Source of the DNA: Octopus sinensis | Lineage: Eukaryota | DNA length: 64,000 nucleotides | NCBI RefSeq assembly: GCF_006345805.1 | Contig: NC_042997.1 | Span: forward strand, 182,280,001 to 182,344,000 | Direction of reading: 5' to 3' | Shown here: positions 51,291-62,829 of the stretch, one piece after another | Layout of the letters: each line of letters starts with the position of its first letter | Position numbering within the stretch: position 1 is the first letter of the stretch | Translations under genes and position numbers: made by a program | The notes under the pieces: generated by a model | Databases searched by the model: none | The model's input: the letters and a program-made list of their open reading frames with translations, nothing else | What the model was told of the DNA's origin: nothing

Positions 51291-51479
51291 GAACTCAACA
51301 ATGCAATACTCTAAACAAGTTATTTTGAACCTTCTATAAATGCATCCTTTCACCGAAGGGAGTTTCAATCAATACCCCCACCACCGCCTCGTATCATTTC
51401 TGTACCATTTGAATATTATTACTCTTATGAATAATTTATGTTGCAACAACAACTTGGATACCTCTGCTTGCTTAATATT

Positions 51480-51665
51480 ACGTCGCTTACTGGGTAAAAT
51501 GCTTAGCGGCATTTCGTCCGTCTTTAGATTGTGTGTTCAAATTCCGCCGAGGTTGATTTTGCCTTTCATTTTTCTGACATCGATAAAATAAGAACCAGTG
51601 GGGTCGATGTAATCGACTTACTCCACCCTCCAAATTGCTGGTTTTGTGCCAAAATTTGAAACAAA
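51480..51665 (+). mobile_element. SINE (4196 family)
   Basis: aaatgcttagcggcatttcgtccgtc...aattccgccgaggttgattttgcc. Confidence 0.8.
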
Positions 51666-51667
51666 TG

Positions 51668-53530
51668 TTGGATCTTGCAGGCATGAAGTGGATTCGATCC
51701 ACCATAGCCAAATTTATATTAACAGTTCAACAGAACTTTTCTCAAGGTAGAACAGTGGTTTTTCTGTGACAGCAGTTCTACATTGCCAGATTGCCTTTAG
51801 CTTGGCCGAAATAATGTCTACACTACTTGACCCTTATAACCTCTTCTATTTCACCAACAGCTAGAATAGAGATATCACAGTACCGCCAACAAAGCCCATT
51901 GTTCTCAAAGATATGTCTATCTTTCTGGATAGTTATAAAATCAAGAACCCCTAAGCAAAAAGCCAGTAATCACTTGGTGACAACTGAGTGAATCGGCTCG
52001 TGACAACTCAATCAGTTACAGACCGAACTGTTAGAATCATGATCACAAGCAAGGCAGCTACTAATGACAATAGTCAGACAGAGAAATGAAATTTACTGTC
52101 AGCAATTGTGAGACAAAGTCCCACAACCCTACAACTTTCACTAGCTCTATATCTGTTCTTTTACAACATCATTCTATCGCTATCGGTGGCTTACTGCTAA
52201 GAGAACGTGTACACAAAACTATACAAAGAAAAATTCTACCACATCTAACTTTCTTTTGCATGCTCTCGGATTTTATAACCTGCCCGATGAGGCAAGGCAT
52301 TTTCAACGTAACAGTAAATAAATACTTTCTTAAAACTTCATGCATTATTCATCTTTCACATCCTACAACATGCCGTTATAACAACAAATTTTTATCGTTA
52401 CAACTGCTGACGTTTCATATTATTGTGTACCTAATCAATCTTAACCGTTACAATTAAATTTCAACCGATACAAAAAGCAATCTTTAACCGTTACACAAAT
52501 ATTACGTCATTTGCCACTTATTTTTCTCGGCCCATCAATTACCATTTGCCTTTCTCGGTCCATCTTTTAACACGAAACATTATATCATTTATTTTCCTCA
52601 TTTATGTAATATATATTTTCAGCAATACTACTGATCAAACCACTAGTGATATATTTGATTGTCCTGTGTTTGACCTCTCATTTCCTGTAATCCTTAATAT
52701 ATTTTAATACATTTATACACTCCTTCATTTATATACGTGAACATAGGTTTATATCTGTATACTAAAGTTTTAATTAGAAAGAGACAAATTTCAAGGTCGG
52801 TAATACTCCTCATCAAAGTTAACATGTATCTAAAGCCATCATAAATGTGCGAACATATAACATATAAAAGCATATATATATATATATGTAGTGGATCTTG
52901 CAGGTATGAAGTGAATTCGATCCACCATAGCCAAATTTTAAGTAACAGTTCAACAGAACTTTTCTCACGGTGGAACAATAGTTTGCCTGATTGCTTTAGC
53001 AAGGCTGAAATAATGTCTTCACCACTTGACCTTTCTAACTTCTCCTATTTCACCAAAAGCTAGAATTAAGATAACAAGACCACCAACTAAATCCATTGTT
53101 CTCAACGATATGTCTATCCTTCTGGATAGTTATAAAAGCAAGAACCGCAAGCAAAAATCAGTTAGTCGGCTCGTGACAACTCAATAAGTTAGTTAGTGAA
53201 TGATAACTCGAGTCAGAAACAGCTACCATCAGTTAGGGAGCGGATCACTAGAATCATGATCACAAGCAAGGCATCTACTAAAGACAATGGTCAAATGGAG
53301 AAATGAAATTTACTCTCAGCAGCTATGAGACCCAACTTCCCACACTCTCACTAATTCACTTTGTCTTCTCTGCACATTACCATATCTCTATGGTTTACTA
53401 CTACAATAAGAACACACGGGCCTAAATTAACTTTTTTACTTTGCACGCTCTAGGATTTTATCACCTGCCCGACGAGGCAAGGTATATTCGATGTAACGAT
53501 AAATAAATATTTTCTTCACAACTTCAATCA
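51668..53530. repeat. Diverged direct duplication (~51668-52360 vs ~52890-53530; period ~1.22 kb)
   Basis: Shared blocks ggatcttgcagg.atgaagtg.attcgatccaccatagccaaattt, aacagttcaacagaacttttctca, gatatgtctatc.ttctggatagttataaaa, agaatcatgatcacaagcaaggca and acctgcccga.gaggcaagg. Confidence 0.85.
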
Positions 53531-54959
53531 CTTTTCTTTCATCTTTACATAATGAAGAATCTCAGACCTTTTAACAAATCAATCACAACTGTAACAAACT
53601 CAGTTTCAACCGATACACAATAATCTTCATCGTTACATATACATATTATAGCATAATTCCGTGCCCAAATCAAAGTTAGATGAGGAATTGCATAAATACA
53701 TACAGACAAATCAAAAAGTCTTATGCTGATGAGACGACAGTTCACAATAATCCAGAAAGGGAAGTCCTCAAACGAGGAATCCAATAAATACGAAAGACTC
53801 TTACGGCCGTTTCCAGGAATGTGCGAAGTGTCTCAGTAAATCCTTTTCGTCTTCAATAGGATTTACCTACACACTTCTTCTGCAACAACTGCAGCAGAAG
53901 AAAGAGTCCAGTAACTATCTTGCCCATGTTTGCATGCATGAAAACAACATCATTAGGATAACTAATGAACTTGAGGAGAGATATTAAATAAAAGCTGATG
54001 CATGTTTATTCCCGAGGAGCATTACTAAATTCTATTTATGTGAAAAAGAAAATTTTGAATGCACCAGTTCACTGAGCAAGTAGTGCATGTGTACTTGGCA
54101 CGAAAGACATAAGCTATAGAGGGATTAAATCATTCAACCATTTAATGTCCGCCTTCCATGCTTGTATGGGTGTGACGGTGCCACAAGAGCCAGCCAGCAC
54201 CAGACTTCTGTGACTGCTTTGGCAGGATTTTTACAGCTGGATGCACTTCTTAACACCAACCACTCAGTAGAATGGACTTAGTGTTTTTACATGGCACAAG
54301 CACAGGCGAGGTCTTTTTATTGCCATTCTTCCTGCACTACTAATCCTTTCCTCCAACCCATATGTACCATTGGTCACTTCCTGATATTCAACACTACCTT
54401 ATTTCTACAGTTGTCCCTATTCTTTCTTATTCAACACTTGGTCTTCATTACATTCATCAGTCACTCTTCCATATTTTTTTGCAATCTCCGTCCACCTACA
54501 TTCCCTGTTCTTACCATTATTTTCATCTCTTACCTGATCTATTCCCAGCTCTTCTAGAATGTGAGTAAGCACATAATAGCAACAAATTGTTCTGTTCAAG
54601 TCCGTCTCCTTCTTCATTGAAGCCACTTAATCGAAGGGGATTTTATGGCAACCTCATTTGCGCTGGTGTCACGAAGAAAAAGAAAAAAAAAAAAAAAAAA
54701 AAAAAAAAAGCACACGGAGTAGTTGGCTTTAGGAAAAGCATACCAAACGATACTTCTTGAAGCCCTTCTTGTTAACTATTGTTTTTAGCATAGTGGATGT
54801 TTGGTTTATGAGAATAAATTGCACCACCACTTCAGTGGTATCAAGAAGATACAAATTGTCAAACTAAGGCTACAGAAAATACTTTCTTGAGATGCCAAAA
54901 CCGCAACTTGCGCTTATCTATAATTTCATTTTGTGTCCACCTCTTCAGGACGACAGTTT

Positions 54960-55520
54960 TAAAGCTGTGTGAAAAAGTGCCACACCCTAGCAGTTGAGGG
55001 AATCTGGGATGAGGTGGTGAAGCATGACCTTCGAACACTGGACCTCACCGACACAATGACTAGTGACCGGGACCTTTGGAAATATGCTGTGCTTGAGAAG
55101 ACTCGGCAAGCTCAAGTGAGACCATAACCTGGTGGCCTATGTCAGAGGTGTAACCAGCCCACTTATGCGTACCTCTCCTTCATTGGACACTAAACTCTGC
55201 TTGCGAAGACCTGTTGAGGTAAGTGAAATCGAAACCAAAATCGATGACTTGCATCCGTGCTAGTGGAGCACTAAGAGTACCATACAAGCGTGATCGTTGC
55301 CAGAGCCAGCTGGCCTGTGCTGGTGGCACGTAAAAAATACCATTCGAGCGTGATCGTTACCTGCGTTGCCTTACTGGCACCTGAAAAAACATTCGAGCGA
55401 GGTTGTTGCCAGTGCCACTGAGCTGGCTCCTGTGGAGGTGGCAAGCCATCTGGTTCGCCAGACCTGTCAAATCGTCCAACCCATGATAGCATGGAAAGCG
55501 GACGTTAAACGATGATGATA
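54960..55520 (+). mobile_element. RTE LINE 3' end (last codons, 3'UTR and ATG tail)
   Basis: VKKCHTLAVEGIWDEVVKHDLRTLDLTDTMTSDRDLWKYAVLEKTRQA, then 3'UTR ending gcggacgttaaacgatgatgat. Confidence 0.85.
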
Positions 55521-55562
55521 TTCAAATGTATTTTAATACGTTCTGCAACCGATTTATACTTA

Positions 55563-56783
55563 CGAGGGACGTTCAATAAGTAATGCCTCTGACCCACTTG
55601 CAGTTGTTTGATCTAGCTGAAATTTTGCATGTGCAATCATTTATATCTATAGAGTAAGTGGCAAATTACAGCTCTGAATTAATTGTGGTTTCTGATTTAC
55701 AGGTGTTTGAACCGAGTCAAGTGTGAAATGGAGCCTGTTGAGTGTCGAGCAGTGATCCGGTTTTTGTATTTGAAAAGACGCACACCACGGGAGACTTTTG
55801 ATGAAATGAAAGTAACTTATGGTGATGATGCCCCATCATATGACCTTGTAAAACGCTGGCATCGTGAATTCAAACATGGTCGGAACTCTGTGGAAACAGC
55901 TCCCAGATCTGGTTGCCCCCTTCTGCCATTGATGAGGCATCTGTCCGTCAAGTTGATGCTGCCATTTTGGAAGATCGACGCATAACTATTCGCCAAATAG
56001 CCCATGAGGTCAAGATTAGTACCGGGTCTGTGGAAACTATCATTCATGACCATTTGCATATGCAAAAGGTGTCTGCCAGATGGATTCCCAGAAGCAAGAA
56101 CGCGTCGAGTGCTTGAGGGTGAATTTGGAGATGTGCCAAAATTTTTCAAAAGACTGATTACACAGGATGAAACCTGGGTCCATCACGATGATCCAGAGAC
56201 CAAAGCCCAGTCAATGCAGTGGAAGCACCGTGACTCACCCCCTCCAAAGAAGGCAAGGTCACGCTCAGTCTCCTGGGACCAGGACGGAGTAGTGATGACA
56301 GATTTCCTGGCAAAGGGTACCAGAATTGCAGGAGCCTATTATGCTTCACTTTTGAGGAAATTAAGAGAAGTTATCAAAATCAAGAGGTGGGGTAAGATCA
56401 GCAAAGGCATCCTCCTCCTGCAGGACAACGCTCCGGTCCACAACTCGCTTGTCGCCAGATCAGCACAGGCGTATGGCTATGAACTCCTCCCTACTTTCCT
56501 GACCTTGCACCCTCTGATTTTCACCTCTTCCCAGTCATGAAGTTGTTTTTGAAAGGAAAGTGTTTCCCAGATGATGCAGCCTTGATTTCTTAAGTCGCAT
56601 TCAGGTTGGAGGACCAAGCTGGGGTCTTCTACAAAAACGGTCTCCAGAGCTGCATCAAACAATGGGAGAAATGCGTAACTCTGGGTGGTTCCTATGTAGA
56701 AAAAGACTAATAACTGTGCCAAGTTCCGTTGCTCTACTGTTATGGGAAGTGGGTCAGGGGCATTACTTATTGAACGCCCCTCG
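55563..56783 (+). mobile_element. Full-length mariner (DD34D-type) element with TIRs and TA TSD; transposase pseudogenised
   Basis: 37-bp TIRs cgagggacgttcaataagtaatgcctctgacccactt / aagtgggtcaggggcattacttattgaacgcccctcg with TA on both sides. ATG at 55728 (MEPVECRAVIRFL...), then LITQDETWVHH and LLQDNAPVH; frameshifts and deletions. Confidence 0.95.
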
Positions 56784-58193
56784 TATTTTCTGAAAAAAAA
56801 AAAACTTTAAATTCACCCATGTTTCCAAGATGCAGAGCTAAAAAAGGTACTCTTTGCTCCAAGAGTATCAAGTGAAGATGCAGAATGTAAACATCAACAC
56901 GAAAGTATTGGTAGGCAGTTATGCAATTATTTAGTCAACCATTTTATATCTCACTGCTGTATCTACAAATATATTTGGAATTCAATCACACGGCCATGCA
57001 TGTGTAAAATCTCACCTACCAACCATATTGTTTTATGTTCAGTACTACTGCACTCCAAGCTTAAGCTTCGCACATAGATTTGGTAGAGTAACTGGCCAAC
57101 ATTCAGGTAGTGTCACTTATCTCCAATTTTCCTTCCATGAAAACCATATCCAACCCTGGATAAATAGGTGAGTTGGCAACAAAAGAGTATAGTTATAGAA
57201 AACCTACCTCAGCGAATTCTGCTTATTGCATGCAAGTATGGGAAAGCAGACATTAAAGCATTACTGACAACATCCATCACAGTTACTTGGAATTAAACCC
57301 ATCAAGAAATAAAAGTTTAGAACACAGTCTGCCTCAATTGGAGAGAGGAAAAAAAAAAAGCATCCGTTATCAGTTTTAATGTCAACTTTTCCATTATACT
57401 GGCATGGGTCAAAAGTTTGAAGCAAATTCTCTATGGAGGTAGAGAGATGGGGAGGAGGATCTAAGAACTGTTGTGTGTGTGTGTGTACACACGAATTTGT
57501 GTGAAGATAGGGATGTTAATAGCAATACTCTTTGTTGGTTGCCTGACCACACTACTTTATATGGAAGGTGTTACATTTGTAATTAAGCAGCATTGTTACA
57601 AAATTTATTGCAAAGATAAAAATGGTATTTAAATTTTTATTTTAATACTGGTATAAACACCATAAAAATTCAAAAATAAAATTGCATCTTTGGAACATTG
57701 CCTATTATTCAGTGGCAAATGTACTTTTGCTTTTACTAGCCATATGAAAACAAATATTTTTCATTCAATGCAATCATCTCACCTACTTACAATTTCCATC
57801 TTTAAACTTTCAAAAACCATTAACATATAGAGCAAATCAAAATACTTGCACATTTCACTGTTTAAAATCTTATTTCACTTCACTGTCAAGAGTACAGAGT
57901 TTTCATCAAGTTTAATGTCTTTTGGCCTAGTGCTTTGGCTCAGTATAATATTGCAAATTTATGCAAACAATGAAAAATTAATGTAGTCGTCTTCCAGAAA
58001 CACTGAAAAACTCATCTCCCCAGTCATTTTTATCCATCTAGCCACAGCAAAATTTGACTAGACTACCCCCCATATAAAAAAAGAAAATCACATCTGGACC
58101 TCATTTGTAGGGAGAAAAATAATTATAATCAAATTTTAAATATGCGCAATGACTTGCTAATAAAATACAAATAAAATATTGATGCAGTAAGTT

Positions 58194-58199
58194 TTTATT
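58194..58199 (-). terminator. RPL5 polyadenylation signal AATAAA
   Basis: tttatt on +, 23 nt downstream of the RPL5 stop; short 3'UTR typical of ribosomal-protein mRNAs. Confidence 0.85.
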
Positions 58200-58222
58200 G
58201 ACCCCGGTCATAAGAAATAAAC

Positions 58223-58319
58223 TTAATCATCATCTTTCTTGAGACTTTTCAGATATTCACTCTTCTCCTTCTGAATACGAGCCTTGCGCTGTTCCAGAGT
58301 AAGCTTCTTGGCATTGTGT
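58223..58319 (-). CDS. RPL5: 60S ribosomal protein L5 (uL18), terminal exon
   Basis: tttttgcag|A-CAC.... Encodes (R)HNAKKLTLEQRKARIQKEKSEYLKSLKKDDD*, aligning with human [23 protein letters not shown]. Confidence 0.93.
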
Positions 58320-58429
58320 CTGCAAAAACAATTGAAATACAATTAATCTTAAATATACCTAATTGGTTCCAAAACACATCCTATTTCAGAAAAATCTAAT
58401 TAAAATTTACAGTTACAAAAAATAAGATA

Positions 58430-58730
58430 TTCAGACTTATCAATTCATTTTTATGCCATTAGACTGGCCATGCTGGGGCATTGCCTTAAATCTTTTTTTA
58501 ATTGAATGAATCAACCTCTTTCTTTTGCCAAATCACATTACAGAGATTGAAAAACACACCAACATTTGTCAAGCAATGGTGGAGATACACAGAAGAGGGC
58601 TCCTTTCTGTTCCCATCTACCAAATTAACTGACAAGGCTTTGGTTGCCCTGAAGCTATAGTAGAAGACACTTGTTCAAGGTACCATGTGGTTGGGAAGCA
58701 AGCTTCTTAGCACACAGCCATGCCTGCACT
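58430..58730 (-). mobile_element. tRNA-derived SINE (41145 family), decayed, in the last RPL5 intron
   Basis: gactggccatgctggggc...agaagacacttgttcaagg...cacacagccatgcctgc. Confidence 0.7.
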
Positions 58731-59014
58731 ATCTCAATCATAATATAAAGAATATTTTAGATTACTTGTAACAGGTTTGACAGTCATAACATGATTGGAG
58801 AATCATCAGAATAAATCAAACCTAATGAATCAAAACAGAAATTTCAATTGTACCAGTAGTACACTATAGTATGCTACACAGCTCTTTACACATTCTTTTC
58901 TGCAGCTCATTCAGTCTGTATATGATCCCTTGCTTTTCTTGTAGCCATGGTTTATCGTATACAAAACAATTCACACCCAATTAAATTCTAAAATAATCAG
59001 GAATTTAGGCTGCT

Positions 59015-59176
59015 TTAACCCAGTCAAATATTGTTCTATGTTCAAACTAGCCAGATGCAGCCTTTCATACTCATCCTACAATGTCATTCTAAAGATAAGG
59101 AATCACACGAAAATCAAAGCTACAAGATTAATTAAAAACGAATAAGCATTAGAGTAACCTGAATGCTAAAAGGTTA
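59015..59176. mobile_element. TTAA-flanked piggyBac-type MITE, partial
   Basis: ttaaccc...tacaatgtcattctaaa...ctgaatgctaaaaggttaa; related copy at 62303-62508. Confidence 0.65.
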
Positions 59177-60334
59177 AAACTTATCGACTTGTAAACCTTT
59201 GTAATACAATTTAAGATTCTTAACCAAATCTTGTTTCATTACTATATCTCCAAGCAAATCTAATTATAGGAAAATTCAAAATATTTTAATAGCTATTATT
59301 TAATGACAAAATTTTAGAGAAAAATTGTTCAAATTACTGGATTATTAGTTGAACTTAATGTATAATAATGGTAAAAAAGCACAAAGAAATAGCTGTACCA
59401 TAAAAAAAAAAAAAACGAAGTACGGAGATTTGAAGAAAATTAGGAAAGGAAATAAATACACAGAAACATACAAGGATTCACAATCCAAACTGTCACATAT
59501 CTCCCAAGTAAATTCAAAAATATTTAGTCCTTCCCTGCAGTAATTGATTCAAAGAAGAAATAACCTAAGTTTGTTCTTGGGGAGAGGGAAGACTAACCCA
59601 AACTTGCTTGGCAACATGAAACTGATATCCACTTTTTGACCATAGTGAAATGTTTCAGAACTTCAAAATTGGAAAGAAAAACCTATAATTTGCAGTGCTT
59701 ACGTATGTTCAATAACAGAAGACAATGTAACTCCAGTATATACATGAAACATTTTCAAATTTATGCTATGGTCACTTCCTGCAAGCAGTATACTCCTGTC
59801 TTTCCAGTTAACTGAATTTTTTGCTTATTCAATTCTAGGCTTGACCTATACATTTGGAGTTGCTGTTGGCAGATTCAGCTATGAGAGCAAAGTTACTGAC
59901 ATACAGTAGCCCTCATGGTCAGCTGGCCAAAATCCATTATGATCAGCAGAAGCATAACAGGAGTTGGGGCAAAGAGGGTTTTAAAAACGAGCCTTGTAAC
60001 TTCCATTTGCATGCGAAATTCCTTTCAAAATACCAACAGCATCTCAAATTTTGCCAGCCATCTTCAGTAAGCAGGCTTTAATTTTTTTAACAACTGGACT
60101 ATATAGTGAGTCTTCAAGATTGACAACTGTTTGGTGGTTGGATAGAAGTGTATTCTTTTTTTAAAATCACCTATCACTTAACACACAAGTGCAATTCCAT
60201 GAATTAGTCATGCTTAATTATGTAGCACACATGCATATTAACTAAAAGTTGTATCATTTACAGGATTTGTTTCTGGGAAAAAGAGCAAATATTTCACAAG
60301 TGCTGTGTGTTAAGAGTATAAAATTGTGCATTAA

Positions 60335-61371
60335 CCCTTTCGTTACTATATTTCTGACCAAAATACACCCCTTATGCATTTCAATTAATTTCTAACGTAA
60401 TCATAAATTTAGTCTGGTTTCATTAAACAACTATAACTTTTTTTATCTATCAATATATTAATCTGAATTTAATGAAATATTCTCAACCAATTCTATACTA
60501 TAATTTTTGTCACAAAGTGACTAATTGCAGGTAGATACAGGTAAATTCAACAAAATATAAAATTAAAATTTTGTTCAAACATCGCTATAGAAAATGGGTT
60601 ATTAGCTAATATTCAATTGGGTATACAACAAAATTTTACGATAGAATGTTATTCTGGGTAACTTTCTGATACCCATAATATTTACGGCAAAATAGTCTTA
60701 ATTTCATTTAAGGTTATGGGAAACCACAAACTATCGTTTCTTTCGCTTTGTTTACGTTTAGCGTAACGGTTCGTTTTCGCCATAATGATTTCAAATAGGC
60801 TCATTTGAAAAAGTAAAAAGAAATAGTCTAAGGCTTTACTCCTCTGGGAAAGTCTGTGGCTTGGTCCAGTTTCTTCAGAAAAATCACCAAAAGAAACAGT
60901 TTTTAAATTTTCACTCCATTCAGGTGCCAATTGGTTTTCTTTATCGCTGTCGGAGCTCTCGAATTCAGTTTTCACTTTCGGAAAATGAAACAGATTCATT
61001 ATCAAATACCATGTGCTTTTTTTTTTTTCAGTCATAGAGTTAGATTAATGAAGGTCTTCAGTAGAAAATCCTTCGAATTCTGACTCGCTGCTTGATATGA
61101 AATTTGTATCCATTTTTTGTCAGAATTACAAATTTTGAAAACACAATAGGAACAAATTTCGGAAAAAAATCTCAAAACCACGGAATTAAAATTACACTTC
61201 GATTATTGTACAAAAATGTAGTTGAACTGTTTACGAAGTATAATACGTGTTTTCACGAATGCACTAAAGAGATTTGCTCCGATATTCTCATTTAAATATG
61301 AATAGGTAAATTCGGGCGGCTTTGGTCACATTAACCAAAATTTTTTTTCGGGTGGCTTGGTAACGAAAGGG
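60335..61371 (-). mobile_element. Internally deleted piggyBac transposon in the last RPL5 intron
   Basis: TTAA TSDs (60331-34, 61372-75) and 12-bp TIRs CCCTTTCGTTAC/GTAACGAAAGGG. Minus ORF 60682-61035 resembles a PGBD-type N-terminus (DYFFLLF...IMAKTNRYA...WFPITLNEIK); no catalytic core. Confidence 0.88.
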
Positions 61372-62075
61372 TTAAGTAATCATTGTATTCCAACTTCTTT
61401 CACTTTTCAATGAAGAGCAGATAAGCAAATATCTTTCCAGATAAACAGACTGCTTTTTTTTGGGATAAAGTTTTCAGAAATAACCCAATAGGTTTACCAT
61501 TAATTCCATGAAATTGTCAGTTCCTGCTAGTATATGCTAATCTTAATTAGTTGTGCTATAAATCCAGTCCATTACATTTATAAAAATCAATTTGTTCTTT
61601 CTAGAATGTTTACCCTGGCAATAGCTAATGGTACATGAATTGTACAGTACCATGTGCTACCTGACTGTCCTACATGGGTAGCATATGCCCTGCATTGTGT
61701 TATTTTCAATATCTATCCCTTCTGGTCCATCTGCTGTCATAGATTTACTATCTATAATTGTACTTGCAAGCTCTTGTAACATTTTCCATAATTTTCTTCT
61801 CAACAATAGTGCCAGCAAATGACATTATCAAGACAGTTTTTCCCAATGATGTCCAATTTGCAATGACAACCTGCAAACCTGTTTTAGCTTATTTCTGTTA
61901 CATATACCTGCAATACAGTCTCTTTCCAAACCATCTTCTATACCATTCTAACACTGTCGTCCACCACCCAACTGGAACTTTGCCCCATTCACATCCATGG
62001 TTTATGCCCTGCAGTTATTTTAAAGTTCAAACTGACAAAGGAACTTTTGAACAGTGGCAATCAATAGTTGCTTAC

Positions 62076-62164
62076 CTCTTTTTCACAATAGTTTTCTTGG
62101 GTGCAACTACTGGTTCTGGATGAGAACGGATTGCTGCATGTGCATTTTTATACTGCTTTTCAAT
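62076..62164 (-). CDS. RPL5: RPL5 penultimate exon
   Basis: ttctag|...|gtaagc, 89 nt. Encodes IEKQYKNAHAAIRSHPEPVVAPKKTIVKKR (human MEEMYKKAHAAIRENP...KKR). Confidence 0.96.
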
Positions 62165-62302
62165 CTAGAATTAAAAAAAAAGTTTAATTTTAAGGATAGA
62201 CAATTGCATTCCAAGGAAACTATTTCAACAACCATAAAGTGCCATGCTTTTACTTAGGCAATAATTGTTTTTCATGGATAATATCCTCCAGATTAGTTTG
62301 TC

Positions 62303-62508
62303 TTAAACCCTCTTATGTTTAAACCGACCATATCTGGCCCAGATATTCTACATGTTTTATATTCAAACACCTAATGTACATTGACATTCTAAAAATAAAC
62401 AATCACATCATTGAAACCTCAAAGCTCTAAGATAATGCATGACCAATTTAAAACAATGAGTGAAAAAGTATTACATTTAACAGAGTAATCTGAACACTAA
62501 AGGGTTAA
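62303..62508. mobile_element. TTAA-type MITE in an RPL5 intron
   Basis: aaaccgaccatatctggccc...aatcacatcattgaaa...ctgaacactaaagggttaa. Confidence 0.7.
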
Positions 62509-62651
62509 AGTACTCCATTACAAGTATTGTTAACAGATTAACATGCCCACATCTATTTAAACTACCGCTAACAATAAGTGCTTTCCACTGTATAAAATAT
62601 ATATTTTGTGCCTAATGAAGTAGTAAGAATTATAGAGAACGTAATACTCAC

Positions 62652-62829
62652 TGATTCGGGTGTTATGCCTAGTTTAATATAACGCGAGAACTGTTTTTTG
62701 TATGTTTCTTCATTTTCTTCTTGAAGTGTAGACATATAATTTGCGACATGTTTGCCAAAAATATGATCCCTATGCACCTCAGCTTTAAATTCTCCACTCT
62801 CAGCATCAAAACCTGGGAAGCGCTTAACA
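62652..62829 (-). CDS. RPL5: RPL5 exon (equivalent to human exon 6)
   Basis: tttttacag|...|gtgagt, 178 nt. Encodes (S)[59 protein letters not shown]. Upstream exons lie beyond the window. Confidence 0.98.
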
